Shown: piece by piece, positions 48,069-61,823 of the stretch
How positions within the stretch are numbered: the stretch's first letter is position 1
Layout: each line of letters starts with the position of its first letter
Assembly: GCF_006345805.1 (NCBI RefSeq)
Contig: NC_042998.1
Coordinates: 197,842,001-197,906,000, forward strand
Length of the DNA stretch: 64,000 nucleotides
Direction: 5' to 3'
Source: Octopus sinensis
Taxonomy: Eukaryota
Made by a program: the position numbers and the translations under genes
The notes under the pieces: model-generated
The model's database searches: none
Seen by the model: only the letters and a program-made list of their open reading frames with translations
Told to the model about the DNA's origin: nothing

Positions 48069-50375
48069 TATATATATACATACATACTTATATGCATGTA
48101 TGCATGTGTGTTCATAGTGCATGGGCTAAAAGTTACATAGATAGCCATCACATATACATAAATATATTCATATTATTCAAGCATATGTAATTGTAAATCT
48201 AAAAATATGTAATTCTTATATATTAGAGTATAACTAAACAATTTTGTGAAAGACTCTTTAATATTTGTCAGTTGAATTTGCATCTATACAAATTCTGTTT
48301 TTAAGAACTGAATTAGCGACGAAGCTCTGAAGATGCCGCGTGTGAGTAAAATATAGCCTTAAGAATATTATTCAACTACTAGTGTAGTTGAATGATCCCT
48401 TTCACAGTGCATAAAAATTAAGACTCCAACTACGATATAGACAGCAAGCAATGCTTTTTTGAGGAGAGGAGCAACTCAGTACTTGAGTGATATTTTATTT
48501 GATCGATCCTGGAAAGGTTGAAAGGCGATGTTAGCCGAGGTGATCTTGAATTCAGAGCTTAAAGAACTGGAAAAATTACTACTAAGCGTTTTGTCTCACG
48601 GAATAATGATTCCGCCTTAACTACACACCAAGATGTCGCAATTGTAGAAGGCAACTCATTTTTGGATAAAAGCATTCTGACCACAGACCCATTATTCATC
48701 AGATCGATGCAAAGCCGATACATTTTTACAAATACACTTTTACATTGAAAATGTGTAGTGAAACAGAATGTCGGTTCGTAGAGTTCACATATTTTCAATA
48801 AACTGAATATTAATGCGTCTGGAAAATAATTCACGGGGCAGCATGAAATATAAAGCCTCCCCACCTCCCGCGAAATAGTCCACCTTGACAACAACGAAAG
48901 AAGAATACTAAAACTGAAAGACTACTATAGCGTACCTGGTGCATAGCAAGGAGACAGTCCTCCCCAGGTGACCCTTTAATGGGAAAGGCACTTCTAGGTG
49001 GGGCTTGAGGCCCGGAGAGTGGGAGCAAACTAAAGGGCTGGTCCAAATGGCACACACTCTAGCTACGTCACTGAAACATTACTTTAATTATATGTATTTT
49101 TTACAAAATCTTACACTTATGAATGAAGCCAACCATTGAACGTCTTCATCATTTCTCGATCAGTTTAAAGAGTAGAGAAACCTCCTTCAAATCAAACATT
49201 ACTGTTTTAATAAAGACCGCTTTAAATAATGTTTTAATAAAGACCGATTTTTGTCAGTGAACAGGTCGCGGTCGTAAAACGACGAAAATATTTTGACAAA
49301 TTAAACTTAAATGTTGAAGTGAATCGAATGGCTTTTGTGTGTTTCTTAAATGGCTTACAAACACCTTCCACGCTGCAATTGTTTTAAATAATGTAGATTA
49401 TTCAGAAAAGAAAAGACCAGATGGTTACAGATGGATCATCTTTGAAACAAGGCTGACCTGGGGGTAACAACAACAAATGTTGATCAAGTCATTCAATCCT
49501 CTGAATCATTGCGTACGTAGTTTTCTTTCTGACCGGTTCCTAAAACTTTAGTTTGTAATTACTACCGCGTTGTTTGTTCCCGACATCCTGTTTTATTTTT
49601 GTGAATAGTGTAGCTATGACTACATTAAACAATGCAAGGTCTCTTTTAAGGCGGATGGTTATGTTTAAAAAAAGATTTAGCTCCTATTTCAAGGCAGAGC
49701 GAGAACATAGAGGTTTCCCAGTTGGTTTTCGTCATACAGTTGTAGCTTTCTTAGTCCCAAAACAGCACTGATTGAGTCACAGGTATGGACATCATGGCTT
49801 TTTTTTTGTATAAAAAGAACTACAATACAAATTTGGTTTCTTCTTTGCTTTTTTGTAGAACGAAGAGCTGTAATTTGGGAGGGATATTTCGCTTGTATTT
49901 CTAGCACGTTGCACGACAATGTAGCAGCTCCGTCATTGGCTCCGATCCAACAGCCTTTCTTCAACAACGTTGCAACACAATAATTGGTAAAAACAGCCAT
50001 GAAGAGAAGATGTGAATTTATAGTAGAAACATCAGAATTTCGAACTTACGATATCGTTGTCTTTCTCAAGGGCATTGAAGACGTTGAGGAGACATGAGAT
50101 AAGAAAAGTACATTGTAATGCCAAAAACGTATGGCAGCCATTCTCCCAAGGATTTGTCAGTATCTGTTGTGTTTGATAAAACAAAGTGGCTTTTCTTCGA
50201 ATTCTTTCTTTTATTTTCCACACCGTTCTACATTAATACACACATAAGTATACACGCACGCTGATATATATATACATGCACAACATACATAAATATACAT
50301 TTACAGAGATACATAATCACGCATACACTCACATACACATACATACACATATATGTGTATGTATATATATATGTG

Positions 50376-50406
<31 letters not shown>

Positions 50407-50515
50407 GTATATATATACATAATGTATGTATATATACATATATATATATATATGTATGTACATATATATATACATACATGTATGTATATAGATATGTATA
50501 TAGATATGTATATAG

Positions 50516-50562
<47 letters not shown>

Positions 50563-50934
50563 TATATACATATGTAATTATGCTTATGTATAAATGCGTT
50601 GTGTGTGTGTGTGTGTGTGTGTGTGAATGTGTGTGTGCGCATGCGCGTTATACTCTGAATATCTAATAGCAGAAGAATTTAAAATGGCGTTTTATTGATG
50701 TGAAATTTAGAAAGTAAAGAAACTAAGAACAGCGACAGCAACAACAACAACAGCAACAACAACAACAAACTAAAAACACTGATAATGATGAAATATTGGC
50801 AGGATGAAATAAGAGTAAAGTTTAAAAGGAAAAAAAAAAGAAACCAACGACAGGTAAATGAAAAAGAAACAAAGAAACAAAAATATATATATTAGTAAAA
50901 ACTTATGTATATACATGCGAGTAGTATGATTGTA

Positions 50935-51650
<716 letters not shown>

Positions 51651-51859
51651 CATAAACAAATAGTAACCTATATACTATTTAGAAACAAAGCATAGAAACG
51701 AGAAAATGCGAATTGGACAAAAGAAAAACTATCTGGTGAAACATTTGAGAAATCCAGAAAAAAAAAATAATGATAAATAATAGATTAAAAAGGAAAAGGA
51801 AAAGGAAAAGGAAAAATAAAATGTTAGATTTTTTTTAACTAGAAATAGAGAACAGATGA

Positions 51860-52345
51860 GTAGAAGAAAAAGAAAGAATAAGAAGAAGAGGAAGAAGGAG
51901 GAGGAGGAGGAGAAGAAGAAGAAGAAGGAAAAGAAGAAGAAAAGAAGAGAAGAAATAAGAAGAAGGAGCAGAAGGAGAAAAGAAGAAGAAGAAGAAAAAG
52001 AAGAAGAATAAGAAAAGCAAAAGAAGAGAAAAAGAAAAGAAGAGAAAAAAAAGAAAAGAAGAAGAAGAAGAAGAAAAAGAAAAAGAAGAAGAAGAAAAAG
52101 AAGAGAGAAGAAGACAAGAAGAAGAAGAAGGAGAAGAAGGATAGGGAAAAAGAATAAGAAGAAGATGGGAGCGAAGAAACAAGAAGAGAGAAGAAAAAGA
52201 AGAGAAGAAGAAGAAGAAGAAAAAGAAAAAAGAAGGAAAAGAAGAAAAGAGAAGAAGAAGAAGAAGAAGAAGAAGGAAAAGAAGAAGAAAGAAGAAGAAA
52301 ACAACAACAAGAAGAAGAAAAAGAAGATGAAGAAGAAGAAGAGGA
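51860..52345. repeat. (AAG)n-derived purine tract
   Basis: Degenerate GAA/AAG repeat. Confidence 0.95.
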
Positions 52346-52631
52346 ATATTCAAGCAAGAAAAAGAAAGAGCATTAGGTGTTGATTGAAGTGAAATAATGT
52401 ATTTATGTCAGAAAGACTGGCGAGATTGAGGAGATAAGACTAAACGAAGATATAGAAGGGGTTGATTTATGTCTGTGTTTAGCTTTAAGGATATCGGCGT
52501 TAACACAATCAAACTGATATATTTGAGATATCTTGTCTCTAGGCAATATACGTATTATAGATTATACATTATCCTCCCGACTTCACTTGTTACGGGTTGT
52601 GATGGATCTAGTGTATATGTATTATACACAC

Positions 52632-53107
52632 CGGCGAGCTGGCAGAAACGTTAGCGCACCGGGCGAAATGCTTATAGGTATTTCGTCTGCCGAAGGCGGC
52701 GAGCTGGCAGAAACGTTAGCACGTCGAGCGAAATGCGTAGCCGTATTTCGTCTGTCGTTACGTTGTGGGTTCAAATTCCGCCGAGGTTGACTTTGCCTTT
52801 CATCCTTTCGGGGTCGATAAATTAAGTACCAGTTACACACTGGGTCGATGTAATCGACTTAATCCCTTTGTCTGTCCTTCTTTGTCCCCTCTATGTTTAG
52901 CCCCTTGTGGGTAATAAAGAAATAGGTATTTCGTCTGCCGCTACGTTCTGAGTTCAAATTCCGCCGAGGTCGACTTTGCCTTTGATCCTTTCGCGGTCGA
53001 TAAATAAAGTACCAGTTACGCACTGAGGTCGATGTAATCGACTTAATCCCTTTGTCTGCCTTTGTCTGTCCCCTCTATGTTTAGCCTCTTGTGGGCAATA
53101 AAGAAAT
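52632..53107 (+). mobile_element. SINE family B with duplicated head and two tandem bodies
   Basis: Head twice (52632 and 52695); body junction AAAGAAATAG|GTATTTCGTCTGCC at about 52926. Confidence 0.88.
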
Positions 53108-53114
53108 ATATATA

Positions 53115-54339
53115 TTGGGTCATCCCATTAATAATGCGGGTTTTCTTTTTCAAAATTAAGATGAACAAAGTTCTTTTGTAATCTAAAATATACTCACCTT
53201 CATTTTCTACAATGCTCTTCCACCTATCTGGTAGACTTGCAAGGCCCCTCTTCCAAAATTCACTTGTCCCTGACGAAAGATACTCCACTAATACTGTTTT
53301 GACCTCATCTACAGAATTCAAATTATTTCCGTCCAAATGACTTAGAAGACTGCAGAATAAATGGTAATCAGACGGGCAATGTTTCCCATTTAAACTGCTC
53401 CAGTCTTTGGAATGTCGTCCTCGCTGTATGTGACCGAGCATTATCCTGATGGAAGGACACCATTCGTCTTGAAACTAAAGATGGTCGTTTTACTTCTAGC
53501 GCTAACTTAAGCCGCTTAAGCTTCTTGCAGTAGATCTCCTTTGTTATCGTTTGGTTTGGGTTTAAAAGTTCAAAGTGGACTAAACATTTCATATCCCACC
53601 AAACAGATAACTACATCCAGCGTAACTGAAGACCTTCTTTAGCCTGGGGTGCCGGTGTTTCCTCTTTTCCTACTCACTGTCTTCGGCGCTTGAAAGTTTT
53701 ATAGAGAACCCATTTCTGCTCACCAGTCACTACTTGATCCAAAAATGGTTCATTCGAGAGACGTGACAGCAAAGAAGAACACACATTCACTCTCTGCGCG
53801 GGATTAGACTAGGAAAGTTTGTGAGGAACCCATTGACCCAATTTGCTGACTTTTCCGATAGCACGCACGTATCGATGAATGGTTGAATGACCAAATGCAA
53901 GCTTCTCTGCTAGTTCCTCAACAGTTACGATGAGATTTGTTTCACCAGGGCTTGCAGTCGTCCTCATCGAGGTCTACAAATCTTCCAAGAAGCGACTCGT
54001 CTTCTAGGCAGTAGTTTCCGGCTCAGAATTTCTGGAACCACCGTTGACACTGGCTTACGCCTATTGTCCAATCCCCATATTCCTCGCATTTTCCGTCGCG
54101 TTGTTGCATTTATTGAACTCATAAAGCAAAATATGTCGATTATGCTCCTTTGTCACTTTCATTATAGCTTTGAAGAAATAACTATTAAAATCGAATTGCA
54201 CTCTTCAAAATTTGCATTAAGAATAAGGACAAGGTAAAATTACTATCTGCTTATATAGCAAGTTGATGCAAGTAGTTTATCCCGTCCCTCTCCGACTTTT
54301 AGTTCCTGCAATTGAAAAAACCGCATAATTTATGGGATG

Positions 54340-54345
<6 letters not shown>
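53115..54345 (-). mobile_element. Mariner (DD34D-type) transposon, defective
   Basis: TIRs TTGGGTCATCCCATTAATAATGCGG / CCGCATAATTTATGGGATGATCCAA with TA flanks; relic VTGEQKWV, FHQDNARSHT, PSDYHLF motifs with stops and frameshifts. Confidence 0.92.
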
Positions 54346-54371
<26 letters not shown>

Positions 54372-54377
<6 letters not shown>

Positions 54378-54635
54378 CAACAATTGAGGGTAAAATTAAT
54401 TAATTAATCAATTTCACCAAGTATTCAGTATGCAAAGGGACCATTTAAGGCGAATTCAATTATTACATTATATAAAAGGCTTAGTAAAATAAATTACTTT
54501 GCCGCATACTGAACTCATTAGAATAGCAGCTAAAAAACTTTTTTAAAACTATTTCTAAAAAAGTTTTTTAGCTGCTATTTCTAATGAGTTCAGTATGCGG
54601 CAAGTAATTTATTTACTAAGCCCTTTTATATAATG

Positions 54636-54637
<2 letters not shown>
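54372..54637. mobile_element. Fold-back element between (TA)n tracts
   Basis: About 80-bp arms, 54464-54545 and 54557-54637; lead-in GGGTAAAATTAATTAATTAATCAATT resembles 30200-30240. Confidence 0.7.
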
Positions 54638-54688
<51 letters not shown>

Positions 54689-55261
54689 ATTTGTGCGGAG
54701 AGAGAGAGAGAGAGTGATGTGTATATGTATGCGTGTGTATGAATGTATGTATATAAGATTATTTCCATTAAGATAGATACCATCTTCATCATGAAACTGC
54801 TATCATCGCCAGCATCACCACCAATGCTACCACCTGCACCAACATCACCGACACGATCACTAAAACTACCATCACCATCACTACCACTACTACCACCACC
54901 ACCACCACCAACACAACAACAACCTCACCACCGCCGCCGCCAGCAACACATTAACCTATCAGGTAATCGATCAACGATGACGGAGTACAAAGAAGCAAAG
55001 TTTGAACGTTTGTATTCTAATGAAACAAACGATCATAACTGGAACATTAGGAAAAGTAGGAAGCAATGAGAATCCGATGATGATTAGGGGATCAATAGAT
55101 CCATGCCAGACAAGTAGGCAACAAAATATGTGAATTGTAGGGCCATTTCATAGGGAAAAGGGAGGTTTCACTCAGAAGTGTAATGGTAGGGTTAACATGT
55201 TCCAGGCAAGTAAACAGAGAGGAAGGAAATATTTCTCACGGGAGTAACATATCTATTATAC

Positions 55262-55647
55262 GTGGAGGCGCAATGGCCCAGTGGTTAGGGCAGCGAACTC
55301 GCGGTCATAGGATCGCTGTTTCGATTCCCAGACCGGGCGTTGTGAGTGTTTATTGAGCGAAAACACCTAAAAGCTCCACGAGGCTCCGGCAGGGGGTGGT
55401 GGTGATCCCTGCTGTACTCTTTCACCACAACTTTCTCTCACTCTTACTTCCTGTTTCTGTTGTACCTGTATTTCAAGGGTCCGGCCTTGTCACTCTCTGT
55501 GTCACGCTGAATATCCCCGAGAACTACGTTAAGGGTGCACGTGTCTGTGGAGTGTTCAGCCACTTACACGTTAATTTCACGAGCAGGCTGTTCCGTTGAT
55601 TCGGATCAACCGGAACCCTCGTCGTCGTAACCGACGGAGTGCTTCCA
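55262..55647 (+). mobile_element. SINE family A with TSD
   Basis: ATCTATTATAC at 55251-55261 and 55651-55661. Confidence 0.93.
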
Positions 55648-55869
55648 TCCATCTATTATACACAGTCAGGTTAGAGCAGGAGGCAACAATCATGTTCACA
55701 TATTTATATATTGTATATTAAAGTAGACTGGAATATAGTGGCAATGTTAACAATTTTATATGTGGTATGCTACAGTAGAGCATGACATAACTATAGTGTA
55801 AGCATATTCATGCACTATATTACATTAGTTTAACAATATTCTTTTCTACTCTAGGCATTTCTGGGGAGG

Positions 55870-56006
55870 GGGGCCAGTCGATTAGATCGACCCAGTACGT
55901 AACTAGTACTTAATTTATCGACCCCCAAAAAGGATGAAAGGCAAAGTCGACCTCGGCGGAATCTGCATTCAGAACGTAAAGACAGACGAAATACCGCTAA
56001 GCATTA
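55870..56006 (-). mobile_element. SINE family B central fragment
   Basis: GGATGAAAGGCAAAGTCGACCTCGGCGGAA...GAAATACCGCTAAGC. Confidence 0.75.
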
Positions 56007-56019
56007 GATATATATATTT

Positions 56020-56208
56020 TTTTACTTGTTTCAGTCATTTGACTGCGGCCATGCTGGAGCACCGCCTTTAGTCGAGCAAATCGACCCCGGGACTTATTCT
56101 TTGTAAGCCCAGTACCTATTCTATCGGTCTCTTTTGTCGAACCGCTAAGTGACGGGGACGTAAACACACCAGCAATGCTAGGGGGACAAACACAGACTTA
56201 GAAACACA

Positions 56209-56250
<42 letters not shown>

Positions 56251-56431
56251 CATATATATACATATATACGACAGGCTTCTTTCAGTTTCCGTCTACCAAA
56301 TCCACTCACAAGGCATTGGTCGGCCCGGGGCTATAGCAGAAGACACTTGCCCAAGTTGCCACGCAGTGGGACTGAACCCGGAACCATGTGGTTGGTTAGC
56401 AAGCTACTTACCACATAGTCACTCTTGCGCC
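56020..56431 (-). mobile_element. SINE family C
   Basis: Head, (TA)/(TG) core and tail. Confidence 0.9.
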
Positions 56432-57242
56432 TATAGTTTAACAATATTGTTAACGTAATTACAGATTAGTCTCAAATTTTGGTACAAGGTTGGAAATTTC
56501 GGCTCAACTGGTACTTATTTTATTGACTTCGAAAGGATAAAAGTCAAAGTCGACCTCGTTGTAGCGGTGGTGGAGGGTCAGTGGATTTAAGCTAAAAATT
56601 TTGGCAAGTGAAAAGAACTGGGTGTTTATCAATTACATAGCTTGACTAGGGAAAGACGAAGTTAAAAAATTGAATGGTTATGCAAAAATATTGAGGGAGC
56701 CAAAGAGGACGAGGTATATGAAACAATAGGAAGGTGAGGGACTGGATATGAAGACAAGGATTTGAAAAACGTATTGTCCTAAGTTGGGTTGAAATAAGTG
56801 CGGGAAAGGAAAAAATAACATATTCCTTTGTGTTGTGTCAAGTTGTTTTCTGTAAGATAGTAGAAAGGGCTCCTTAGCCGTAGTGAAGGCAATCTATCTA
56901 GGGATAAACCTTACAATAAATCACTCGGTCCGTAGCTTAGAATACTGGTTGACGTCAGCGGGAACAGCTTTGTTTCATGGAGGAGGAAAGATCTTCTTTA
57001 GTACTTGGTTGTACAATGCTTTCCAATGTGTGTAGTAGTGGCGCGCGCACACATTATTAGCCATTTGAAAAGACTATGAAAGTCTCGACCACGGTCGAAC
57101 AATGATGATGATGATGATGAAGATAGTAGCGAATCTTGCAAGTAGTACCAGAAGCCCGGTTGCAAGAGTTAAAAGTAGAGAGGTTTTTGTATTTTGAATT
57201 TAAAGTAATCTAATTCACTTGATACTAATATATTGTTGGGAA

Positions 57243-57460
57243 GAAGGCGGCGAGTTGACAGAAGTTTTTAGAACGGTGGGTAAAATGCTTAGGAGCATTT
57301 CGTCCGTCTTTACTTTCTGAGATCAAATTCCACCTGGGTCGACTTTGCTTTTTATCCTTTCGGGGTCGATAAAACAAGTACAAGTTGAGCACTGGGATTG
57401 ATGTAATCAACTTACTCCTTCCCACGAAATTGTTGGTGTTCAGCCAAAATTTGAAACCAA
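57243..57460 (+). mobile_element. Older SINE B-related element with a different 3' end
   Basis: AAGGCGGCGAGTTGACAGAA...GTCGACTTTGCTTTTTATCCTTTCGGGGTCGAT, then diverges to CCAAAATTTGAAACC. Confidence 0.65.
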
Positions 57461-57573
57461 TATATTATTGTTGGGCAGCCGATGAGATATTTGTTACGAT
57501 TATTCTATGGTGTCCATTATTGTTCGAATTAAATTTAATACATTTTAGGTGTAATAATATTAAAGATGTTATA

Positions 57574-57970
57574 TCTTTATATATGAAAGTCAAGTTGTGT
57601 GTCTGTCTCCTACGATTTAGATTCCTAACTACTCCCACATTTTGCGGTGCAGTTTAACCAAAACCGGGTATCTTATAGTCGTGATTCATATCGAGCCCTT
57701 CTGGGTATTAGCGCGCGTCTACGATGAGTCTACGATTAAAAAAAAAATTGACCATCATTTTTTTCCATTTTAATGCATTTTTTCGCTATTATATAAGGGA
57801 TGTAACTCTCTAAAAATGTTTACGATGAGTCAACGATTTAAAAAAAAATTACCATCATTTTTTTTCCATTTTTAATGCATTTTTTTGCTATTTTTTGGCT
57901 ATAACTCTCTAAAAATGCTTATATAGTTATTTCCCTTACAAACCCGAGCAACGCCGGGCGATACTGCTAG
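57574..57970 (+). mobile_element. Non-autonomous Helitron F with internal ~100-bp tandem duplication
   Basis: A|TCTTTATATAT...GATACTGCTAG|T. Confidence 0.9.
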
Positions 57971-58313
57971 TAAGTTAATATATGGCTAGTAGGTTATTAG
58001 AGGATGCACGGTTTCCTTAATATTAGATTTCATTTGGTTTTAGTAACCCGATCATTTATAAAAAAACCTCATAGATGGCAATGATAGTGTTAGTTCGTGG
58101 CAGTTAAATCATGTACGAAAGAGATTAGCGACGTAATTTCGTAAAATGAAAATATAAAAACAATTAAAATATATTAAAATGAAATTTGATACAATATATA
58201 AAAGCATTTGTTCGTTGGTGGATAAGGCACATAAGAAGGAATTTAAGACTATTTCATAAAAACAAATTAAAATGAATTAAATTGAAATATGATATATTGT
58301 GGAAATGGTATAA

Positions 58314-58627
58314 TCTTTATATATAAAAGTGAGGTTGTGTGCTGTCTGTCTCCTACGATTTAGATTCCTAACTACTCCTACATTTTGCGGTTCAGTTTAA
58401 CCAAAACCGGGTATCTTATAGTCGTGATTCATATCGAGCCCTTCTGGGTATTAGCGCGCGTCTACGATGAGTCTACGATTTAAAAAAAAATTACCATCAT
58501 TTTTTTCCATTTTAATGCATTTTTTCGCTATTATATAAGGGAAGTAACTCTCTAAAAATGTCTACGATGAGTCAACGATTTTTTTTCCATTTTTAATGCA
58601 TTTTTTTGCTATTTTTTGGCTATAACT
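58314..58627 (+). mobile_element. Helitron F, 3'-truncated
   Basis: 5' A|TC intact; ends at TATAACTC joined to a SINE B head. Confidence 0.85.
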
Positions 58628-58629
58628 CG

Positions 58630-58715
58630 GAATTCGAACACAGAACGTAACGGCAGACGAAATACGGCTTACGTATTTCGCCCGGCGTGCTAACGTTTCT
58701 GCCAGCTCGCCGCCT
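58630..58715 (-). mobile_element. SINE family B head only
   Basis: GGCGGCGAGCTGGCAGAAACGTTAGC...GTGTTCGAATTCC on minus. Confidence 0.8.
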
Positions 58716-58817
58716 TAATATCTACCTACTTACCGACATACATATATACAACACATATTCACACACGCAGATATGTAGATACACACGCACGCACACACAC
58801 ACCACACACACACATAC

Positions 58818-58848
<31 letters not shown>

Positions 58849-58895
58849 CACACACAGATACACACACACACACGCACACAAAGACCAGGCAAGAC

Positions 58896-59324
58896 AACTC
58901 GCCTCAGATGACCAACAATGGAAGATACCAATATTTCGCTATTATCGTGGTTTATCAATACCATGTACTTGGATTATCCCGAAACGATGTGAATCGCTGA
59001 TCTGGGACAATTCGCTGTTCTTCAACACTCGGCGTCGAATATGGGAGATTTTCCTGAGCGCTATCCCGCAGAACATTTGGCGTAGAAACAAAATACGCGC
59101 CCTGCGTATGTGCGACCGATAATGTTCACATTACTAAAGCTGTTTTTTGTTTGTAATTTAATTTTCTTTCAATGTATGCTACGTCGCAGACTTCACTCTA
59201 TTTGCATATCAGTCACAGACCGGCGATTCTCTTCGTTTCGAAATGGCCTGAGAACATGTTATTGATAAACCACAATAATAGCGAAATATCGGTATCTACC
59301 ATTCTCGGTCATCCGAGGCTGGTT
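58896..59324. mobile_element. Old MITE/fold-back with about 115-bp imperfect TIRs
   Basis: ATATTTCGCTATTATCGTGGTTTATCAATA versus TATTGATAAACCACAATAATAGCGAAATAT and flanking imperfect matches. Confidence 0.7.
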
Positions 59325-59582
59325 GGCTCCGCTAGTCTGTGACATTTCGGTGTTCATTTACATTCGGCGTCGTGTAGGAGGTTTTCTTTGGCACTATCCC
59401 GCAGTAAATTTGGCGTATAAACAATGACATACACTATGAATGTGCGACCGATAATGTTTGTACTAGAACTGATTTTAATTCTTATATACATACATACATA
59501 CATACATACATACATACATACATACATACATACATACATACATGCATACGTACGTACGTACATACACACATACATACATACA

Positions 59583-59616
<34 letters not shown>

Positions 59617-59723
59617 CATACGTACATACATATATACATACATACATACGTACGTACATACACACATACATACATACATACATACATACATACATACATA
59701 CATACATACATACATACATACAT

Positions 59724-59879
59724 GTAGGCGTGGCTGTGTGGTAAGAAGCTAGCTTCCCAACCACATGGTTCCGGGTTCAGTCCCAGTGCTTGGCACTGAG
59801 ACTGTCCTCTACTATAGCCTCAGGCCGACGAAAGTCTTGTGAGTGGATTTTAGTAGACGGAAACCGAAAGAAGCCCGTC

Positions 59880-59920
<41 letters not shown>

Positions 59921-60175
59921 TGGTTGTATGTATGTATGTATGTATTGTATATAATTGTGTGTGTCTTTGTGTCTGTGTTTTCCCCCCACCCTCACCACCA
60001 CCGTTTGATGACTGGTGTTGGTGTGTTTACGTCCCCGTAACCTGCAGTTCAGCAAAGAGACCGATAGAATAAGTACTAGGTTTTAGAAAATAAGTCTTGA
60101 GGTCTATCTCTTCGACTACAAACCATTCAAGGCGGTGCTCCAGCATAGCCGCAGTCAAATGAATGAGACGATAAA
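59724..60175 (+). mobile_element. SINE family C, older subfamily
   Basis: Diverged head GGCGTGGCTGTGTGGTAAG and tail GGCGGTGCTCCAGCAT..CCGCAGTCAAATG. Confidence 0.8.
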
Positions 60176-60249
60176 GAAGAAGGAATATATATATACACAC
60201 GTATATATATATATATATGTATATTATATATATATATATATATATAATA

Positions 60250-60281
<32 letters not shown>

Positions 60282-60379
60282 CATATATACGTATTATGTA
60301 TTATGTATGTATGTATGTATGTATGTATATGTATATATATATATATATATACTATATAATATATATATATATATATATA

Positions 60380-60411
<32 letters not shown>

Positions 60412-61140
60412 CTATATAACATAACGGACTTTCCCATCGAAGACAACCTATGAGTGTTTAGTGAGAAGGCAGAACGAAAAAAAGATTCAACCAAATAGAC
60501 AATCGACAAAATACTCACATTGCTATTAATATTATTCACCAAATGTTTACAACTCATTCACTCCACCTGGTATTTCTCTGCTCCAGTCTGGTCAGTTTCT
60601 CGCAAGATTTTCAATTTTTCTTTCCTTATTACTCAGATGTTTCAGGTAATCTTTTAATTTGTCCTTATACCGTATGAACAAAACATATGCGAAAACAATT
60701 GTGTATACATACACATATTTATGTATTTTTACAAGGAAAAGATTGACAGTAACTTCGGAGTTTCGTTGTTCCATCAAACTGTATATGTATGTGTGTGTGT
60801 GTAAGGGAGAGAGAGAGAGGGATTACCTTTAGTACATGTAACATGTAATCCAATACAATTTGTAGAAATTCCAGGGTTAGTCTTCTTCCATTTCATTTCC
60901 ACTAAATATATCTATTTCCACGCCTTTAATCTTTATTCCTATTCACCTGTCGCACTATATTTTTGCACTCTTAGTTTTCTGCTAATTTCTTCTATCTACT
61001 CCTATTTCTATATATTTCCTTTGACGTTATATCTATTACTGGTTTTTAAAAAGAATAACTTACCAGCGTTCCCTTCATCATATATGCAGTAATCCCATTC
61101 GGTTAAAATGTTTTATTGATGCGTTTTGCTTCTCTGTTTG

Positions 61141-61226
61141 TTCCCTGATGAGAAGATTGCATTGTTTTACATAATTTTATTCTTTTTGCAATAATAGCAA
61201 TGTTTTCTTCGAAACATATGTCGGAA
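61141..61226 (+). ncRNA. Type I hammerhead ribozyme motif
   Basis: UUCC-CUGAUGA-GAAGA UUGC AUUG...CAAU..GCAA..UCUUC-GAAA-CAUAUG-UC-GGAA; palindromic stem III ACAUAUGU; GUC site C at 61222; followed by the family motif CGTTGAACTC. Confidence 0.75.
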
Positions 61227-61280
61227 ATATAAAGATTTGAATAGCACCTGCGTTGAACTCTATTTATTCATACATGTATA

Positions 61281-61699
61281 GGCGCAGGAGTGGCTGTGTG
61301 GTAAGTAGCTTGCTAACCAACCACATGGTTCCGGGTTCAGTCCCACTGCGTGGTATCTTGGGCAAGTGTCTTCTGCTATAGCCCCGGGCCGACCAATGCC
61401 TTGTGAGTGGATTTGGTAGACGGAAACTGAAAAGAAGCCTGTCGTATATATGTATATATATATATATAATATATATGTGTGTGTGTGTGTGTTGTGTGTT
61501 GTGTGTCTGTGGTTTGTCCCCCTAGCATTGCTTGACAACCGATGCTGGTGTGTTTACGTCCCGTCACTTAGCAGTCGGCAAAAGAGACCGATAGAATAAG
61601 TACTGGGCTTACAAAGATAATTCCCGGGGTCGATTTGCTCGACTAAAGGCGGTGCTCCAGCATGGCCGCAGTCAAATGACTGAAACAAGTAAAAGAGTA
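61281..61699 (+). mobile_element. SINE family C, complete
   Basis: Head, internal microsatellite and tail; lies directly 3' of the hammerhead element. Confidence 0.9.
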
Positions 61700-61752
61700 T
61701 GTGTGTACATATATGTATGCATACAATATTATTTTATCTTGTGTGTGAGTTT

Positions 61753-61823
<71 letters not shown>

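Noticed and set aside
51729-52383. Poly-F/L/S and poly-K/E ORFs
   Set aside because: (AAG)n-derived tract
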